This document shows, piece after piece, positions 38,115-48,093 of a DNA stretch of 54,781 bases. The stretch's first letter is position 1, and every line of letters begins with the position of its first letter. Made by a program: the position numbers and the translations under genes. The stretch is from a virus. Lineage: Duplodnaviria > Caudoviricetes. The DNA lies in the IMG/VR virus record IMGVR_UViG_3300030098_001280, positions 1-54,781 of that record; one strand, given 5' to 3'. The notes beneath the pieces were generated by a model. The model saw nothing but the letters and a program-made list of their open reading frames with translations. It ran no database searches and had not been told where the DNA came from.

Positions 38115-39695
38115 CTATTGAGGAGGTGCCTCCTCTTGTTGTTGCATTTGTTGTTGTTGCATCATCTCTTGCATTTGCTGAGCTGCTGCTTGCATTTCCT
38201 CTGGAGATCGTATTAATTCCTCTGGAATGCCTAGTTTTTTAGCCAAATGTTTAGCAACTTGGTCTTGTTTAATGAGTATATTCATCAATTCAGGACCCAC
38301 TCTGCCTTGTATTAAAGCTAAAAATCTGTCTAAATTTGCTACATCTTGTTGATTTTGTGCCTGTGCCAATGGAGATGAGGATCTAACTTTAACTTCTCTG
38401 CCATTGATAATAGGAATTTGTATTCTTCCTTGCTTTTTAAGTATATGCACAACTCTCTGTAGCACTGGTGTTACCATTTCTGACTGTAATCTGCCAAATG
38501 CAGCGCCAATTTGTCTTGATAAATCTGCTTGTCTTTCAGCTACCTCAGTAGCAGACATAGGTGTTTTCTCGTTTGGAGTACCTAACATATCGTTATATAA
38601 GGCTTTTTTAATATTGTTCCTCATATCTCTGATAACCAAATCAGATACTTGGAAATTACCAGCTGGTGGTATTGGTGTTAATCCTTGTGACCCAGCAGCC
38701 TTTGGTATAACGGTTCCAGGGATTAATTGGATATTATCAACATTGATAACGCCATCATCTTCTACCTGATACATACCTGAGATTGCCATTTGAGCGTTTT
38801 CTAAGATTAATTCTACGGTTAAGTTAGCTACTTTGATAGCTGGTAAGGCTAATTGTAATGGTCCTCTACCATATACTTCGCCAGCACATTTGCTCCAGCG
38901 ATATACAACATATGGGTTAGATCCTAGACCTTTATACATTTCTGTATAGAGTTTATCTTCAAATTCTTTAGCAATAGCACAGAAATGATACTCTTCTTCC
39001 TTAGTGTTAAAGTAATTTCTATACACTACTTCAATAATTTCACATTCTTTATCTGGCTGTTTCTCCATAGCCATTAACAGTTTATCCCCAAAAGTAGCTC
39101 CTGGGTAAGCAACAGCTAATTCGCTCATTTTAATCATTCTTTTTCTAAAAATATGGTCAACTTTGTCGTCATGTCCTGAAGTCATGTAAATATGTGGTAG
39201 GGGTACAGCTTTAAACTTAACAGGGTTGGTAGCATCTCCCTCTTCTACTAGCAATACCCCTGTGCCTAGAGCGATATCTAGGAATGATTCGTGTATTTCT
39301 TGTGAAAAGTTAGAATTCTGTAGTATTTCAAAGACATAATCCGTTACATCGTCAAGCATTTGATTGACTTCTTTCTCTTGTTCTTTAGGAATCTCGCTTC
39401 CAGCTACAAAATCAGCCCATCTGGCATAGTTTGGTACGATTCCAGCCTGTAATCTAGAGGCAAATTCTTGTACTCCGACTACTGCTGTCTCATCAAAGAT
39501 GCGATCCGTACGTCTTCTGCCTGGAGTTTCGGTATAAAAGCTTTCTCTTTGTGGTAAAGCGTACTCATAACACTCTTCAAATACACCATTCCATTGATCT
39601 TTAAGCATTCTAGCGTATTCATAGCGTTTAAGTAGCTGTCTAACAGGGTTACTGCTGTAATCTATTTGTGCTTCTGTTTTAACTTCTACTACCAT
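38115..39695 (-). CDS. portal / head-tail connector
   Basis: GEVYGRGP, MSATEV.ER, GRLQ.E...P, SPLA. Confidence 0.92.
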   Translation of the reverse strand: MVVEVKTEAQIDYSSNPVRQLLKRYEYARMLKDQWNGVFEECYEYALPQRESFYTETPGRRRTDRIFDETAVVGVQEFASRLQAGIVPNYARWADFVAGSEIPKEQEKEVNQMLDDVTDYVFEILQNSNFSQEIHESFLDIALGTGVLLVEEGDATNPVKFKAVPLPHIYMTSGHDDKVDHIFRKRMIKMSELAVAYPGATFGDKLLMAMEKQPDKECEIIEVVYRNYFNTKEEEYHFCAIAKEFEDKLYTEMYKGLGSNPYVVYRWSKCAGEVYGRGPLQLALPAIKVANLTVELILENAQMAISGMYQVEDDGVINVDNIQLIPGTVIPKAAGSQGLTPIPPAGNFQVSDLVIRDMRNNIKKALYNDMLGTPNEKTPMSATEVAERQADLSRQIGAAFGRLQSEMVTPVLQRVVHILKKQGRIQIPIINGREVKVRSSSPLAQAQNQQDVANLDRFLALIQGRVGPELMNILIKQDQVAKHLAKKLGIPEELIRSPEEMQAAAQQMQEMMQQQQMQQQEEAPPQ

Positions 39696-39958
39696 TATGC
39701 GCCTAATGTTTTTCTAGAGAGCATTTGTTGATCTAAAGCAAACCCAGCGCCTCCTTTAGCACCCATAAGTAAGTTTCTGCCGCCAAATTTAGTAGCGTAT
39801 TGAGCTACTCTCTTTTCAAATAATTCATTTTTTAACTGAGTAGCTTCTCTGTTAGCTATCTCTCTTTCTCTTTTACGAATAGCTTTACCTTGCACATCTT
39901 CCGTTACAGGTGGAGGAGGTGGTATGTTAATGCTTGGGCTACTTCCTCCAATACACAT
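39695..39958 (-). CDS. small virion protein (T7 gp7.3-like position)
   Basis: MC.GG...PPPPP start, ends ..KTLG; lies between TerL and portal. Confidence 0.6.
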   Translation of the reverse strand: MCIGGSSPSINIPPPPPVTEDVQGKAIRKREREIANREATQLKNELFEKRVAQYATKFGGRNLLMGAKGGAGFALDQQMLSRKTLGA

Positions 39959-41463
39959 TATTTTCTTCTCTCATATACTCTCTTTGGTTTTAAATCAAAG
40001 ACATTAAATTCTTTTTTAGCTATTCTAGGTTTAGCATTTTTTGTCCCTACGGTCAATTGTCTTCCCTCCCCAGCGCCCAATAACATATACTGTAGAGCGT
40101 CATGTATATGTGAAAACCTGTTCTTGCAAGGTTTTTCTTCATAGCGTTCCCCTGATACTTGTAGTCTTCTGTAATGATATCCTCCATCAAAACCTCGTAT
40201 AATGTTAGTACATTTAGGATCTATCAATATTCCAGAATCCCCATCTATCATTCTTTGCAACGTAACATTAACTGCTTCTAATCTCAACATAACATCGTTA
40301 CTTGGAGCTGGTCTTGCCGTGATTCCACGCCCTCTAAGTATCTGAAATGGGGTAGATTCGTCTGTTTGCGCTCTATGATCGCCAGCTGGATCGCCAAATA
40401 TCACAAAGTTTTTAGGTAAATACTCTGCCATTTTCTGTTTCATAAGGTCTGAAAAGCGTAATATACCCATATCTTCAGCTACAAGCTCATCAATAATGAG
40501 CCATCTGCCCCTAACTCTCTGCCCAAATACACAAGCTGGGGTCAATCCAAAGTCAATCCCTACGTAAATAGGAGCTTCTTTCATGATTGCAACATCCGAT
40601 CTAGCTACATGGACATCCTTTCTAAACATCTCATAGACTGGTTTACCATCCTCAATTTGTCCTAGTTTATTGAGTACATAGACATCAATCCATGATTTAG
40701 TTTTACCTCGTATAATATTTTTATAGTATTCAGGGGTAAGGTTTTTACCATTTTCTTTATCTGGATTCTCATCATATTTTTCAAATTCTTTGTCTTTGTT
40801 AAACACTTCTGTCATTGCTGGAGGCTGATTAAAGAAGATCCAATTGTCTGGTTTGACTAACATCTTAGCCTCCTGTTTGGTAATATAATCAGGAATTACA
40901 GTCTCTCCAGCTAATATAGCCCACCAATGATCCGTATCTGGAGGGTTAGTATCAGCTATAACACCATACCAGCTAGGACCACCATCTCGCATACTAGGAT
41001 AACGTCCAACCCGCATAGTACAAGCATCAACGATTGACTTAGGTATCTCTCTTGCTTCATTGATCCACACTCCTGTCAATTCTAATGACAATAATTTCTT
41101 TACATCTTCTGGTCTATCTAAGGCTAAAAAGATAACTTCAAGCTCAATATCGCCTTTTTTTATCTCATGAGTATAGGGAACCGACCATTTGAAGTTGCCC
41201 CAATTTTGCTCAGGCATCCAATCTAACCATGTTTTAATGGTAGTTGTTTTAAGTTGTGGATTGGTATTTCTAATAACCGCCCACCTAGATCGTCTCTTTC
41301 CATCCTCCCCAGGCTTCTGCTCAATGGCTCTTCTTAGTATTTCAATACAACATGAAACTGATTTACCTGATCCAACAGGTCCCCTCAATCCCCTGAAAAA
41401 GGAATTGTCTTTCATGAATTGTTTGATTATCTCGCCATCTGGCTTATAGCTTAATGATACCAT
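39958..41463 (-). CDS. terL: terminase large subunit
   Basis: GPVGSGKS, WINEARE, DTNPP, GIDFG, HIHDALQY. Confidence 0.93.
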   Translation of the reverse strand: MVSLSYKPDGEIIKQFMKDNSFFRGLRGPVGSGKSVSCCIEILRRAIEQKPGEDGKRRSRWAVIRNTNPQLKTTTIKTWLDWMPEQNWGNFKWSVPYTHEIKKGDIELEVIFLALDRPEDVKKLLSLELTGVWINEAREIPKSIVDACTMRVGRYPSMRDGGPSWYGVIADTNPPDTDHWWAILAGETVIPDYITKQEAKMLVKPDNWIFFNQPPAMTEVFNKDKEFEKYDENPDKENGKNLTPEYYKNIIRGKTKSWIDVYVLNKLGQIEDGKPVYEMFRKDVHVARSDVAIMKEAPIYVGIDFGLTPACVFGQRVRGRWLIIDELVAEDMGILRFSDLMKQKMAEYLPKNFVIFGDPAGDHRAQTDESTPFQILRGRGITARPAPSNDVMLRLEAVNVTLQRMIDGDSGILIDPKCTNIIRGFDGGYHYRRLQVSGERYEEKPCKNRFSHIHDALQYMLLGAGEGRQLTVGTKNAKPRIAKKEFNVFDLKPKRVYERRK

Positions 41464-41668
41464 CGTCTGTAACTACCCTTTTATTGGTTACCATTTGATA
41501 CAATTGTTCTAATGTCTCTGGAGTAAGCGTCTCAAGGACCTTATCAGCCTCATAATCGCTTACAAATTCTTTTGGGTAGTCTTTCATGTACCGAAGTTTA
41601 ACGGCTTGTCTGAGCTTCTTAAGACCGTCAAATGAGTATTTATTAAGTTTCTCTATGGAGTGTGCCAT
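41444..41668 (-). CDS. hypothetical protein
   Basis: Coupled ORF between TerS and TerL. Confidence 0.6.
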   Translation of the reverse strand: MAHSIEKLNKYSFDGLKKLRQAVKLRYMKDYPKEFVSDYEADKVLETLTPETLEQLYQMVTNKRVVTDDGIIKL

Positions 41669-42039
41669 TACTTGAGGTCAATATTGATGGAAAAATCGCC
41701 AGATACAATGTGTTGGTTCTTCTCAGCTGGTTTAAATCCAGCACGATCTAACAAATCTTTGCTCGCCTCTAGCTGAACATACTCACTTTGAGCAGAATTA
41801 GAGAGTCTAAGTACGCTATTTAGGGCTTTATGGCTAGAATAACCAATCTTATTGCGCACTTGTTGTAGATAATATTCCTGTACTTCTGGCTTATGCAGTA
41901 GTTTAGAGGCATTGACACGAGCTGAATTGCCTTTATAACCAATTTCTTTAGCGGCATCCGTGATCGTACAATTTTTTTCAATTAAAATTTTGACTAGTTG
42001 CTTTGCTTTCTCTGGTAATGGTTTGGATAATTGCTTCAT
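41668..42039 (-). CDS. terS: terminase small subunit
   Basis: HTH T.AA...GY...A...AS.LL..P.V; SEYVQLEAS.DLLDRAG. Confidence 0.8.
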   Translation of the reverse strand: MKQLSKPLPEKAKQLVKILIEKNCTITDAAKEIGYKGNSARVNASKLLHKPEVQEYYLQQVRNKIGYSSHKALNSVLRLSNSAQSEYVQLEASKDLLDRAGFKPAEKNQHIVSGDFSINIDLK

Positions 42040-42209
42040 TGGTTGTCAATTAGCTCCTTAGCCATGAATGTAGCCTCTTCTCTGGTATAACCTTTGAGCA
42101 TTTTCATCTCAATATAGTCTTTAACCTTAACGTTTCTCTCTTGCCTTTGTAATTTATCCTCGTTTTGAATAATTTTTTTGGCTCTTTTTAGGTTTTTTTC
42201 TATACTCAT
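42036..42209 (-). CDS. hypothetical protein (57 aa, not in ORF track)
   Basis: MSIEKNLKRAKK...; ATGA overlap with terS. Confidence 0.55.
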   Translation of the reverse strand: MSIEKNLKRAKKIIQNEDKLQRQERNVKVKDYIEMKMLKGYTREEATFMAKELIDNQ

Positions 42210-42215
42210 TTGCCA

Positions 42216-42899
42216 TTAATAGCCTTGATATGCTCTGTATTTGCTTTTATCTTTAACCTTAATGCCATGTTTTTTGTGCAATTGTCTCATTTTAGCGTAA
42301 TATCCCTCTAAATCTCCAGCTTTGGTAGTATGAGTGGTTACCTTACCAGTAGATGATTTAGGTCCAGATCCTTGCCATTCTCCATCTAATTTCCATTGTT
42401 TATTTTTTTTATCAAATTTTGGCAAATTATACTTTGATGTATCCCAGGGCTGTTTGTTTTTAGTAGTATAAGCACCTTTTATCTTAGGAGTGGTATTGGT
42501 TAATCTTTGAGTATTGGTCATCATATCAGAGTATGAGGAAATTAAAGATTGACCTGTTGGTCCTTGAAAGGCTTTAGCGTTTTTCGCCATTTTTTCAGCC
42601 GTGTTCTTAGCTTTATTAAATCCAGCTACCAATTGTTGTCCTGTAGGCTTTTTAAAACCAGATTTTTCATAGAGCGATTTGATATGAGATCCATAGAGTT
42701 TCATACCCATTTTATTAAACATCGCTTGTGATGGGTTTGGTTGAGTAAATTTTTTCTTATTGGATCTAACGGTATCAGCTGTCCTTAAGCTTGCTCCTAA
42801 CTCTAGAATTCCTTTCTTTATACCAGCTTGAGTTGAAGTCTTTATCAAACTCTTTTTAGCTGATTCATCCCATGCTCCATATCCTGTTCCTTTTGGCAT
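42216..42899 (-). CDS. basic Lys-rich hypothetical protein
   Basis: 227-aa ORF with GAGG RBS. Confidence 0.6.
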   Translation of the reverse strand: MPKGTGYGAWDESAKKSLIKTSTQAGIKKGILELGASLRTADTVRSNKKKFTQPNPSQAMFNKMGMKLYGSHIKSLYEKSGFKKPTGQQLVAGFNKAKNTAEKMAKNAKAFQGPTGQSLISSYSDMMTNTQRLTNTTPKIKGAYTTKNKQPWDTSKYNLPKFDKKNKQWKLDGEWQGSGPKSSTGKVTTHTTKAGDLEGYYAKMRQLHKKHGIKVKDKSKYRAYQGY

Positions 42900-42901
42900 A
42901 A

Positions 42902-42967
42902 TTATTTACCTCTCTTCTTAGTAGGTCTACCTCTTTTCTTACCATATGTTCCTGGTCCGCTTGGCAT
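42902..42967 (-). CDS. 21-aa basic peptide with AT-hook-like KRGRP
   Basis: AAGGAG RBS; MPSGPGTYGKKRGRPTKKRGK*. Confidence 0.6.
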   Translation of the reverse strand: MPSGPGTYGKKRGRPTKKRGK

Positions 42968-43069
42968 ACTCTCTTCTCCTTAAAAATTTTTTTTAAAGCC
43001 GTTTTTATTCGTCTCTCTCTTGTTGTATCACAATTGTGTGGGAAAAGTCAAAGACCTTGAAAGAAAATA

Positions 43070-43510
43070 ATGCGAGGGGAGGACCCCTACTATCGTAGTG
43101 GCTTCAGTTTTTGAACCCCTACCCCCTGGGTAGTGGCAAAAACAATCAGAAAAAGTCACGAGGCAAGCTCGTGTCATATTAATCTGGGACGAGCCCAGAT
43201 GATGATACGACAAATCAGGGTACGATGAGAGGAAAGGGAGATATATATTCCACGAGTCTAATGACAATGCAACCTTTTAGTTCACGTCTTCATTGGTTCC
43301 CCCACATTCCTCTCACTCTATTCGTATCCTAAGTGTGTGTGTGTCACGTACATTTGTAACCTCGATTAGTACCTCTTTCATTCACGAGGAATGTACCACC
43401 CCCAATTCAGTCTGTGAACGAAAAGGACATGATTATTCTTTTGCATTTCGCATTGCCATTAGACATCGTGGAATAGTCAAAGATATAGTAAATAGAATAT
43501 TTACTGTTAA
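43070..43510. ncRNA. candidate large structured element in the divergent control region
   Basis: Nested long-range stems 43246-43270/43450-43475, 43273-43285/43414-43426, 43304-43312/43386-43394, plus local hairpins. Confidence 0.45.
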
Positions 43511-43531
43511 TTAAAGTTATGGAGGTTAATC

Positions 43532-44143
43532 ATGACTAAACAACAAAACACTAAACCAGATACTGCTAATTCAAGTGTTACTATGTTTAATGGTAATCCT
43601 AAAGAAAAGAGTATCATGGCTAAACCAATATTCACAAAGATGGTAGAAGATGCTGATACGATTAAAGCCAATGACGGTAAAAAGATATCAGAGGAAATAG
43701 CATCTGAATATTGTTTTATGTGGGATAATATTCCAGCTCAATTAAGTATGACATTTGAGGGTAAGAAACCAGCAATGGTGTACTTTATTGAGAAACAGAT
43801 GGACGTATGTGCGGAAACTGTATGTCAATTATCAACTAATATAGATTGGCGTAATGAACAGATTGCAAGGTTATCAAGTGATGAGGGTGGATTTACTACT
43901 CAAGTTAGTGATAGCGATGAAATCACAGTTAATAAAATCCGTGACCATGAACGTGCTATTGAAACTCTTAAAGAGAATATAGACCAAGTTAATTATCTTG
44001 GTACTCTATTCGCTAAATTGGGTAAAGATATGTGTCTACCAGGTATCCATTTAACTAGTAAATTAGATAGATGGAACTCATATGAAAATAGTATGACACA
44101 TAAGAATAGCGTTCATGCGATTAAGAAAAGAAAACGTAAGTAA
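43532..44143 (+). CDS. first early protein, hypothetical
   Basis: GGAGG RBS, 203 aa. Confidence 0.7.
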   Translation: MTKQQNTKPDTANSSVTMFNGNPKEKSIMAKPIFTKMVEDADTIKANDGKKISEEIASEYCFMWDNIPAQLSMTFEGKKPAMVYFIEKQMDVCAETVCQLSTNIDWRNEQIARLSSDEGGFTTQVSDSDEITVNKIRDHERAIETLKENIDQVNYLGTLFAKLGKDMCLPGIHLTSKLDRWNSYENSMTHKNSVHAIKKRKRK

Positions 44144-44185
44144 ACAGTAGCTCAAGCACATATAAGCAACGAGCTAATTGTAAAA

Positions 44186-44228
44186 GGTAGTAGACTACAG
44201 GATGTGGTCTACTATCTACATTTTTTTT
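44186..44228 (+). terminator. intrinsic terminator
   Basis: GGTAGTAGACTACA-GGA-TGTGGTCTACTATC stem followed by T8. Confidence 0.7.
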
Positions 44229-44298
44229 ATTATCCCCACTCCTAAACTTTTATGCTGGGTTGAGGGATATTTCATACAATTAATTGGAGGATTAGAAA

Positions 44299-44640
44299 AT
44301 GTTATATGAAAGAGTAGAGATATTAGGTTACTTAAAAGAAAAAATCACAAAACTTAAAGAAGAATGTTTAGAACAATTACCATATAAACACAAGACTACA
44401 ACTCTTGATTCAAATGCAAGATGTTCTCTTTCTTATCATCAAGGTTATCGAGATGGCGTTGAGAGATCGCTTTCCTGGGTACGAGTGTGTTATACCACCG
44501 ACCGTGATCGCTTGCAAGATGAAGAAGATAACATGTACTTAGACCATTTGAGAAAAAGATGTCTTGATGCAAATAATATGAGTAAGGAAGATTGTATCAA
44601 ATATCTTAAAGATAAGGGATTGTGGAAGTATCCTAAATAA
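44299..44640 (+). CDS. hypothetical protein
   Basis: GGAGG RBS. Confidence 0.65.
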   Translation: MLYERVEILGYLKEKITKLKEECLEQLPYKHKTTTLDSNARCSLSYHQGYRDGVERSLSWVRVCYTTDRDRLQDEEDNMYLDHLRKRCLDANNMSKEDCIKYLKDKGLWKYPK

Positions 44641-44750
44641 ACTCCCAGGCTGATTGTCTGGAGTATCTGTGGGATAGATAGTTACGGCTAAAACTTCCAT
44701 ACGTTGAAAGCGAAGTCTATCTATCCTTAATGAATTAATAGGAGATGTAA

Positions 44751-45221
44751 ATGGAACAAGTGGATATCTTTGGTAACGTTGAATGTGAACGAGTAAGAGC
44801 AATAAAAAGTCTTAAAGTTTATGAAAGAAAGATCAAAACTTATGGAACAGATTGGATTTCTGTTCAACCAAAGCTTAAAAAAAGAAAACATATGTTTACT
44901 TATACTTACTGGTACAACGTACAAACTAAAATGTTAATGGCTATTCCTACTGAGAAAGCTTTTTATACAATGATTGGTAAGTTTGGTATTGATGAAGCCA
45001 ATAATTTATACAAAGAATTAGGTAGAATTTTTGGTCGAATAGAGTTTGGCTGGATTAGACAAAGTAAAGGTTGGTTATCTGGTCGTATATCTGGATTAAG
45101 ACATAAGCATTACAGGAGGAGGAGGCATGGTCAATGGACAATGGGTATAGCACAACATAAATTTGACGGAGAAGATACAACAGATTATGAAGAAAAGTTT
45201 GGAGAACCAGAAGAGGAGTAA
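44751..45221 (+). CDS. hypothetical protein
   Basis: AGGAG RBS. Confidence 0.65.
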   Translation: MEQVDIFGNVECERVRAIKSLKVYERKIKTYGTDWISVQPKLKKRKHMFTYTYWYNVQTKMLMAIPTEKAFYTMIGKFGIDEANNLYKELGRIFGRIEFGWIRQSKGWLSGRISGLRHKHYRRRRHGQWTMGIAQHKFDGEDTTDYEEKFGEPEEE

Positions 45222-45267
45222 CGAATTCCTTACGGGCGTAAGGATGTAATAAAACAAGGAGGCAATT

Positions 45268-45906
45268 ATGCCAGACAATACAAGACGTATGACTCCCATC
45301 CGTGTACCAGATATGGTATGGATGGAAGATGATATACAAAATAAGTTTAGTAAACACAGACGAGCTTATGAAACAGAGAGAAACTCAATCGTTAATGCAA
45401 ATGTTGACTTAGCTAAACCTGAATACATCAAAGTAATGGGTTGTAAAAAACTCGTAGATGATTTCAATAAAGCTAGCGATGCACGTAAAGAGTTTCAACT
45501 AACTATGGAAACTAAGCTTGAAATATTAAAGGCTAAAGAAAAAGAGATTGCTTTAGAATTAGAAGATAAAGTAAATACTTATGTTGATAGCCAAGAAACA
45601 CATAACGTTTGTAGATTTTCAATGAGAACAAATGATTACGATGCAGACCCAGACATTTATGCATTTAATAAATTTGTTATTGAAAGATGCAAGGAAGAAG
45701 CTGAGATTGCTTATGAGAAATCAGCTAAAGGCGCAGCATTAAAGAATCTTAATGATGCAGAGAATGCTTGTTATCAAGTACTTCATAGTGGATACGATAT
45801 TACAGATGCTAGAAGATTTATTGATAAAGTATTCAAAGATGTAGGAATTGACAGCCCAGTTATACCTGACATTAGTCAAGGTCTAGCTTGGGATGGCAAT
45901 AAATAA
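45268..45906 (+). CDS. hypothetical coiled-coil protein
   Basis: AGGAGG RBS. Confidence 0.65.
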   Translation: MPDNTRRMTPIRVPDMVWMEDDIQNKFSKHRRAYETERNSIVNANVDLAKPEYIKVMGCKKLVDDFNKASDARKEFQLTMETKLEILKAKEKEIALELEDKVNTYVDSQETHNVCRFSMRTNDYDADPDIYAFNKFVIERCKEEAEIAYEKSAKGAALKNLNDAENACYQVLHSGYDITDARRFIDKVFKDVGIDSPVIPDISQGLAWDGNK

Positions 45907-46001
45907 ATAACCAACGGGATAGATATACCAGAACAGTCCTGATGAAATAGTCAGGTGAAAAGAATCTGGGTATCTATCCTTAACAGAGAGAGGAAAATAT
46001 T

Positions 46002-46568
46002 ATGGGATTTGATTTATATGGGTTAGACCCAGCTGAACAAGAACATGATAGACCAAACTTTGAATTGTATGAGACAGACAAAGATGCCTGGCATAAACAA
46101 TATGAAGATTGGTTGCAACAAGATGGTACATATTTTAGGAGTAATGTATGGTGGTGGCGTAGACTAGCTAACTATGTTTTAGAATGTTGCCATGATTTTA
46201 TTCCACAAGATGACCATCAAGGATGGCATGAGAACGGAGGACATGAAGTATCTCATCCGTTAGCTTGTAAGATAGCTGACCGTATGCAGATACACATAGA
46301 CTCTGGCGATGCTAAAGAAACTGAGGCTCATGTTATGAATAAAGTAAAAAAAGCTAAGGAACATAATAAATTTATTGATAAACAATTAATGGATCTATTA
46401 GCTAAACATAAAGCTAGCAATTTTATGGAGCTTAAAGATAAACAAAAAGAAGAATGGGAAAAGATACGTGACCAAAAAAATTGGGATCATGCTTATCCAT
46501 TCACAGTAAAACATCTAGAGAGTTTTGTTAAATTCTGTAGAGAATCTGGTGGATTTGAAATCTGTTAG
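46002..46568 (+). CDS. conserved phage early protein
   Basis: MG.D.YG, YFR.NVWWWR.L, F..FC..SGGF.I. Confidence 0.7.
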   Translation: MGFDLYGLDPAEQEHDRPNFELYETDKDAWHKQYEDWLQQDGTYFRSNVWWWRRLANYVLECCHDFIPQDDHQGWHENGGHEVSHPLACKIADRMQIHIDSGDAKETEAHVMNKVKKAKEHNKFIDKQLMDLLAKHKASNFMELKDKQKEEWEKIRDQKNWDHAYPFTVKHLESFVKFCRESGGFEIC

Positions 46569-46646
46569 ATAGTATAATAATAGTATGGATGTAGTACATA
46601 TAAATTAATTCCCTGTATTACATCCTACTAAAACAAGGAAAATAAT

Positions 46647-47480
46647 ATGAAGAGAGAGAGTAAAGGTACGCCTACCCTTTTAAGCGAGGCGATTCTCAAA
46701 CTAATGAAATCTGAAGATACTGATTGGCAAAAGCCATGGCGTAATAAGAGATTCATTACTTGTCAAGGACACTACCTATCTGGTGGTAACCTTGTAACTC
46801 TAGCTAGTCTATCTGATTTTGATAGAACAGTATGGGGAACATACGATCAATGGAGTTGGCATGGATGTCAGGTAAAGAAAGGAGCTAAAGCAGTTAAGCT
46901 TACAGTATACAAAGGCAAAGATGAGGACGGTCGTCTCAAGTTTGGTAAGTATATTGCATTCAATATCGAGCAAGTTGATGGAGATATCAGTAAGTTTAGT
47001 GGCTTCGATAAGATTGATATCAATAAAGATGAGAGGTCAGCTAAAGCTGATAATCTAATTGATAAGTTAGGTGCAATTGTTAAGCCTGGAGTTGGAGCTT
47101 GTTATATACCTAGTCAGGATGTAATCAGGATGCCATCTTTTGAGCAGTTTGATTCAGCTGCACACTACTACAGTACTATGATGCATGAACAAGGTCATCG
47201 TACCGGTCATGGATCTAGATTAGATCGCAATCTTAAAGGAAAGTTTGGCGATAAGAAGTACGCTATGGAAGAACTCATAGCTGAGCTTACATCGTGCTTT
47301 ATGTGTGTAGAAATGGGTGTTATATCAGCACCTAGAAAAGACCACGCTCAATATTTAAACAGCTGGATTAAGCTACTCTCTGATGATAAGAGAGCATTTA
47401 ATATGGCAGTAGGTCAGGCACAAAAAGCAACAAACTATATGTTAAACATCATGGGTCTTGAGATCCAGGAGGTAGCGTAA
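46647..47480 (+). CDS. ardC: ArdC-like antirestriction protein (ssDNA-binding N-domain plus zincin-like domain)
   Basis: W.KPW, G.N...L, W.TY.QW...G.QVKKG.K, FN.EQ, ACY.P..D.I.MP, HEQGH, YA.EEL.AE. Confidence 0.88.
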   Translation: MKRESKGTPTLLSEAILKLMKSEDTDWQKPWRNKRFITCQGHYLSGGNLVTLASLSDFDRTVWGTYDQWSWHGCQVKKGAKAVKLTVYKGKDEDGRLKFGKYIAFNIEQVDGDISKFSGFDKIDINKDERSAKADNLIDKLGAIVKPGVGACYIPSQDVIRMPSFEQFDSAAHYYSTMMHEQGHRTGHGSRLDRNLKGKFGDKKYAMEELIAELTSCFMCVEMGVISAPRKDHAQYLNSWIKLLSDDKRAFNMAVGQAQKATNYMLNIMGLEIQEVA

Positions 47481-47731
47481 TGTCAGACATAAGAGATAAA
47501 TGGACAATAGACATAAAAGAATTCTTAATTGGTAAGAAGATAACTCATGTTCGTTATATGTCTAAGTCAGAAATGAAAGAAACAGGATGGTACAAAAATT
47601 CTATCATGATATTTTTTGATGATGGCTCATGGATTAATCCAATGCAAGATGATGAGGGTAATGATGGTGGAGCATTAGCAACATCAAGTGAAACCTTACC
47701 AGTCATACCAGTCATAGGACAGGAGGACTAA
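47480..47731 (+). CDS. conserved hypothetical protein
   Basis: L.GKKI..VRYM...DDEGNDGGAL. Confidence 0.65.
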   Translation: MSDIRDKWTIDIKEFLIGKKITHVRYMSKSEMKETGWYKNSIMIFFDDGSWINPMQDDEGNDGGALATSSETLPVIPVIGQED

Positions 47732-47905
47732 ATGAGAATAGAAATATATGTAGATGAATCGACAGCTGATGGTATGTATCACTTTGATATATTCATTAAT
47801 GATGACCATCATGATGGCGGTATTGTAGATGTAGACAATCATTCAGATGCTATAAAATGGATAGGAAATAATATGTTAAATAATATAACTAAGGAGGTAA
47901 TATGA
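47732..47905 (+). CDS. hypothetical protein (57 aa, not in ORF track)
   Basis: GGAGG RBS, MRIEIYVDE... Confidence 0.55.
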   Translation: MRIEIYVDESTADGMYHFDIFINDDHHDGGIVDVDNHSDAIKWIGNNMLNNITKEVI

Positions 47906-48093
47906 TGGGTAAACAAAAATATCATAAAATAGCATTAAAAAATTGTGAGTATATCGGTGGTGACGGTGTCGAATACGAGTATTATCTAGATAAATATAGT
48001 GGGTTGACTTATAGAGTACCCATACATATTCATAGATATACCAATAGTGCAGAGATAGTACCACCTGAAATTAAACAAGAGGAGTTGATATAA
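47902..48093 (+). CDS. hypothetical protein
   Basis: AAGGAGG RBS. Confidence 0.55.
   Translation: MMGKQKYHKIALKNCEYIGGDGVEYEYYLDKYSGLTYRVPIHIHRYTNSAEIVPPEIKQEELI

Noticed and set aside
15424-42731. Many plus-strand ORFs opposite the structural genes (e.g. 21150..21779, 25850..26365)
   Set aside because: Antisense shadows of long minus-strand genes with no RBS or motif support
43028-43514. ORFs 43028..43267 and 43293..43514
   Set aside because: Weak starts and atypical composition; the region is better explained as structured non-coding DNA
45936-45962. Hammerhead ribozyme (CTGATGA...GAAA)
   Set aside because: No stem II between CUGAUGA and GAAA and no stem I; CCTGA pairs with TCAGG instead
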